In this document: piece after piece, positions 60,827 through 64,000 of the stretch
How positions within the stretch are numbered: position 1 is the stretch's first letter
How the letters are laid out: each line of letters begins with the position of its first letter
Assembly (NCBI GenBank): GCA_977030845.1
Contig: OZ365110.1
Location: forward strand, 42,656,001 to 42,720,000
Source of the DNA: Fimbriosthenelais zetlandica
Lineage: Eukaryota
DNA length: 64,000 nt
Direction of reading: 5' to 3'
Program-made: the position numbers and the translations under genes
The notes under the pieces: generated by a model
Told to the model about the DNA's origin: nothing
The model's input: the letters and a program-made list of their open reading frames with translations, nothing else
The model's database searches: none

Positions 60827-63800
60827 TAAGACATGTACAAAGCTATTTTTCACAAATTTTTCAGACTTTTTCAGAACGTGTTGGGATCAGGAAGTCATGT
60901 CTCATGGATCTGATAAATATTGGTCATGCCCATATTGATTAATTTAATAATGAATGACAATATTTAAAAAAATATTTAATTGAAGTTTATTTTAGAACCA
61001 TATAATATTTTGTATAGAGTCATATGATATTTGGGATGCAACATATAACTGGTTTCCAAAACCTAATGTAGATTTTTGTCTCCTGCTAACTACATATCTA
61101 TTTTCGCTTTTATAGAACAAATTAGTGTTAGTTTGGAATGTTGGCATGTAACAGCATAACCCTAAGATGGGTGGCAGCGAAAATAGATGGGGCAGCTGCT
61201 CGGGGATTGAACCGTTCACCTTCTGATCATTGGAAAAACACAATTATGTGTCTAACTGAACTAACCCTGTACATGTAATATATACATGTTAAAACTGTTA
61301 TTAAATTTTAACCAAGGTTAAGAATAGATTTAAATTGTGGAAATATTGGAAATATTTATGGATGCTCACGGTTCGAAAACATAACATTGTGCCTTTTGTT
61401 TCCTCATCCTGTCTCTGTGGTGATACAATAGGAATGAGTAAGAACAATGTTATAGACTCTCTTCTTGCCCTTGATGATTTTAAGGAGTCAAAGATCAGCT
61501 CGCTACACTTTCTTCACTGCATTGATTATCATTCATTAGCCCATATTATCGCCCCCTTTTCTACTCAGACACCTCCCAAATCCTCACCTGCTTCCCCCCC
61601 TTTACCCTCTCCTGACCATTCAGTGTCGATGTGCCAATATCTACATGTGACTCCACCTCACACTTGGACAGCTTCGAAGAAAAAACTAATGTAATTCTAC
61701 GCCTCTAGGAAAATATGTTGATGGATTCACACACATTGCAAGTCATTGAGGTAGAGATTAATGGTCTGATTGCATGTGATTCTATGAAGATTGATTTTGT
61801 TCTGGTCATATATATATCCCACTGACCCGCCCTTCCCGACTAATGCTTATTTATTGACCTAAATCGATGTGGCGCGACAGGATGCATTTTCAGATTGCCA
61901 AAACACATGACTGCACATGTGTTAGGAGTGATCCTCACTAATTATTATTTATCTTTGGGTTCTTGGAGTCCATGGAACAAGTGCACGATGTGGTCTTCCT
62001 ATAAATTGGACTTTTGCTTTAAGACCTCTGGCTAAATTTGAATATATATAGGAGCTGCTATATATAAGTGAATGGTTCTTGATGAGGAAGTGATGTAGTG
62101 AAAAGGGAGTGATTGAGGAAGGTGAAAAGAAGGAAATGCAACAAGGAAGAGAGTAGTAAATGAAAAGAAAAGCTGAATGGAGGTGTATTTAAATATTTTG
62201 AGAAGGAAATAGACCGAAAAAGGAAGCCATATACCCCTTCTTTCAGCTCAATTTAACTGATATCGGATTGAATAAAAGTTTATATGGGGAAGAATTTAGT
62301 TTATAACTTAAGTGTGGAACAAAGCGAGGCAATAATATACCATACTTCAGTGAGATTCAACTCTATGAATTTTGTGAGGTAACTCATTGCTCATGTACTA
62401 CCAAATGAAAAGTAATCGAAGAACAAATCCGATGTCAATCGGGGCAGCTTCAGTCAGAATCAACAGACTGTTTGTACAGTCAATCCATCCGGGATTGAAG
62501 GCAAAAAGCCAAGCTCTGTTTTTTTTTTCTCCATTCAGTGAACTTCGATTTAGTCATGAGATGTGTTTCACTGTGTGTCACCATTGTGTCAGCAGCGCGG
62601 TGACGACTCCAATTGAACATGTGAGAGCGCGTTAAATGGCTTGTGTAAAGCCTGTGTAGAAAAAAAAACCTCCCGCTCAGGGCGGCCCCCAACGCGTGCT
62701 GCAACAGCAGCAGCTCCCACTGTGCTGCTTTTTCCCCTTCAATTTGCTCATGTTCGATTAGAGAAAAAAAGAGAAGTGGGAGGAGGGAGTAGTGTGTGAG
62801 AGAGGGAAAGGGAGAAAAAGAGGGAAAAAATGCCGCCACGAGGACATGTAGTTTGATACGGGGATTGGCGGTGTCAATAGGAAAATCGCCTTGAGTGAAG
62901 GGAATGGGAAGCTCGTGGCACTCAAGAAGGGATTCTTAAGCGGGGAATGGTTTGTTTTTTTCTCCCCGCGTCTTAAAGACGCAACCCCTCAGCTTGTGTG
63001 TTCTGATCCGGCGGTTTGAAGGGGCGGAGGGATATCTATGGAGGAGTTGCTGTAAGCCGAGACATGGAACTTCTTTCAGCTTTAAGTGCAGCATTGGGAA
63101 TGTTTATGCATTTGTCATTCAATACTTTTGCTTCCAAACAGTGACTTCAGCGAGTGGCTTGTTTTTCATATCATATATGCGTGTAAAATCATATGTTTTG
63201 TTATATATATTATTTGCATTGTCACATTTCCTGTATATAAAATACCCTTCCCTCTTTGCATCCAGTGAGGGTGTCGATATAATGTTCAAACTAAATAAAA
63301 TCAAATTTGATATGGCAAGAAAAATGATCCTGTTTCAAAGGATTTTACCTTGATGGATAAAATTGTGTAATCAATATATTTGAAATATATTTCTGGCACT
63401 TTATAATGCATTCTCTCTGCGTCTCGTATTAATGCACTTGGTGCTAGAACAATTAGCCTGTGAAAAGTTCAAAAGTTCAGGGCATGAAGAACACTTTCCT
63501 TCATGACATTGAAAGCCTGTATACGTGCAGCCATTAATGTTACAATGTACAAAAGTAGTAGGACTGTAACAAAGTAGAGAGAGAGGGAGAGAGTTCTTCC
63601 TATTCTACTTAAGCCTAACCGAGGTAAGAATAACTAGCTTGAGTGTGGCGAATCAAAGGTGGGACACCTTCAGTTCAGTTCGTGTGAAGGCTCAAACCGG
63701 CAGGAAATTGTTATCCTGTTTAGAGCACCAATCAATATAGTAAAGGGTGAAGTCCCTCAATGGCGGTGCTTCCCCCTAAACACTACCAATAAAGCTACAT

Positions 63801-64000
63801 ATCACAGGGCAGTGGAAACTGAGGTAAATTGCAACTTTTCATAAGTTCAACCACTCAGAAAATGCTATCACGATACTTCCATGAAGCAATTGCACCATGA
63901 TACATGAGGTCTTTTTTGATGATATTTCAGGAAGATTTCTTCTTTTGTACTGGATAGGGTGCTTTTGGATATTTAGTTCTGACCAATGAAAGTTATTTGG

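Noticed and set aside
63466-63479. AGTTCA-aa-AGTTCA, a consensus DR2 retinoic acid response element
   Set aside because: Roughly chance-level for 64 kb on two strands with several allowed spacings; isolated in AT-rich sequence.
32588-64000. Search for downstream CAAP1 exons
   Set aside because: None of the acceptors I inspected by eye gave an open, CAAP1-like exon. The remaining exons are probably outside the window, but a short divergent exon could have been missed.
1-64000. Prokaryotic or RNA-gene systems (CRISPR arrays, operons, rRNA, tRNA, snRNA, known bilaterian miRNAs)
   Set aside because: No repeat-spacer array, no gene-dense ORFs and no sequence I recognise as these RNAs; the window is spliceosomal intron. 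An Rfam cmscan would be the decisive check.

Overview
This is animal genomic DNA, roughly 40% GC by eye, with GT-AG introns, microsatellites and long G/C homopolymers. The composition resembles an invertebrate deuterostome such as an echinoderm, but the taxon cannot be fixed from sequence alone. Almost all ORFs in the six-frame track are noise. The only coding sequence I can support is two + strand internal exons (14820-15005 and 32503-32587; 271 bp in total). They splice in frame to encode the conserved domain of CAAP1 (C9orf82), preceded by an RS-dipeptide tract. I found neither the 5' nor the 3' exons, so the whole window is probably inside this gene. The introns hold two inverted copies of a ~190-215 bp PIF/Harbinger (Tourist)-like MITE, a fossil LINE reverse-transcriptase fragment and several degenerate tandem duplications and hairpins. 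They also hold many CpG-rich patches with clustered transcription-factor-like motifs. The best leads are: CAAP1 as a bystander host for a regulatory landscape, the MITE family, a candidate poison exon, candidate antisense exons, a nested hairpin at 4229-4335 and an unexplained GATC/GGATCC cluster. I found no rRNA, tRNA, CRISPR array or intact transposon. Motif calls were made by eye and are hypotheses; many short motifs can arise by chance.
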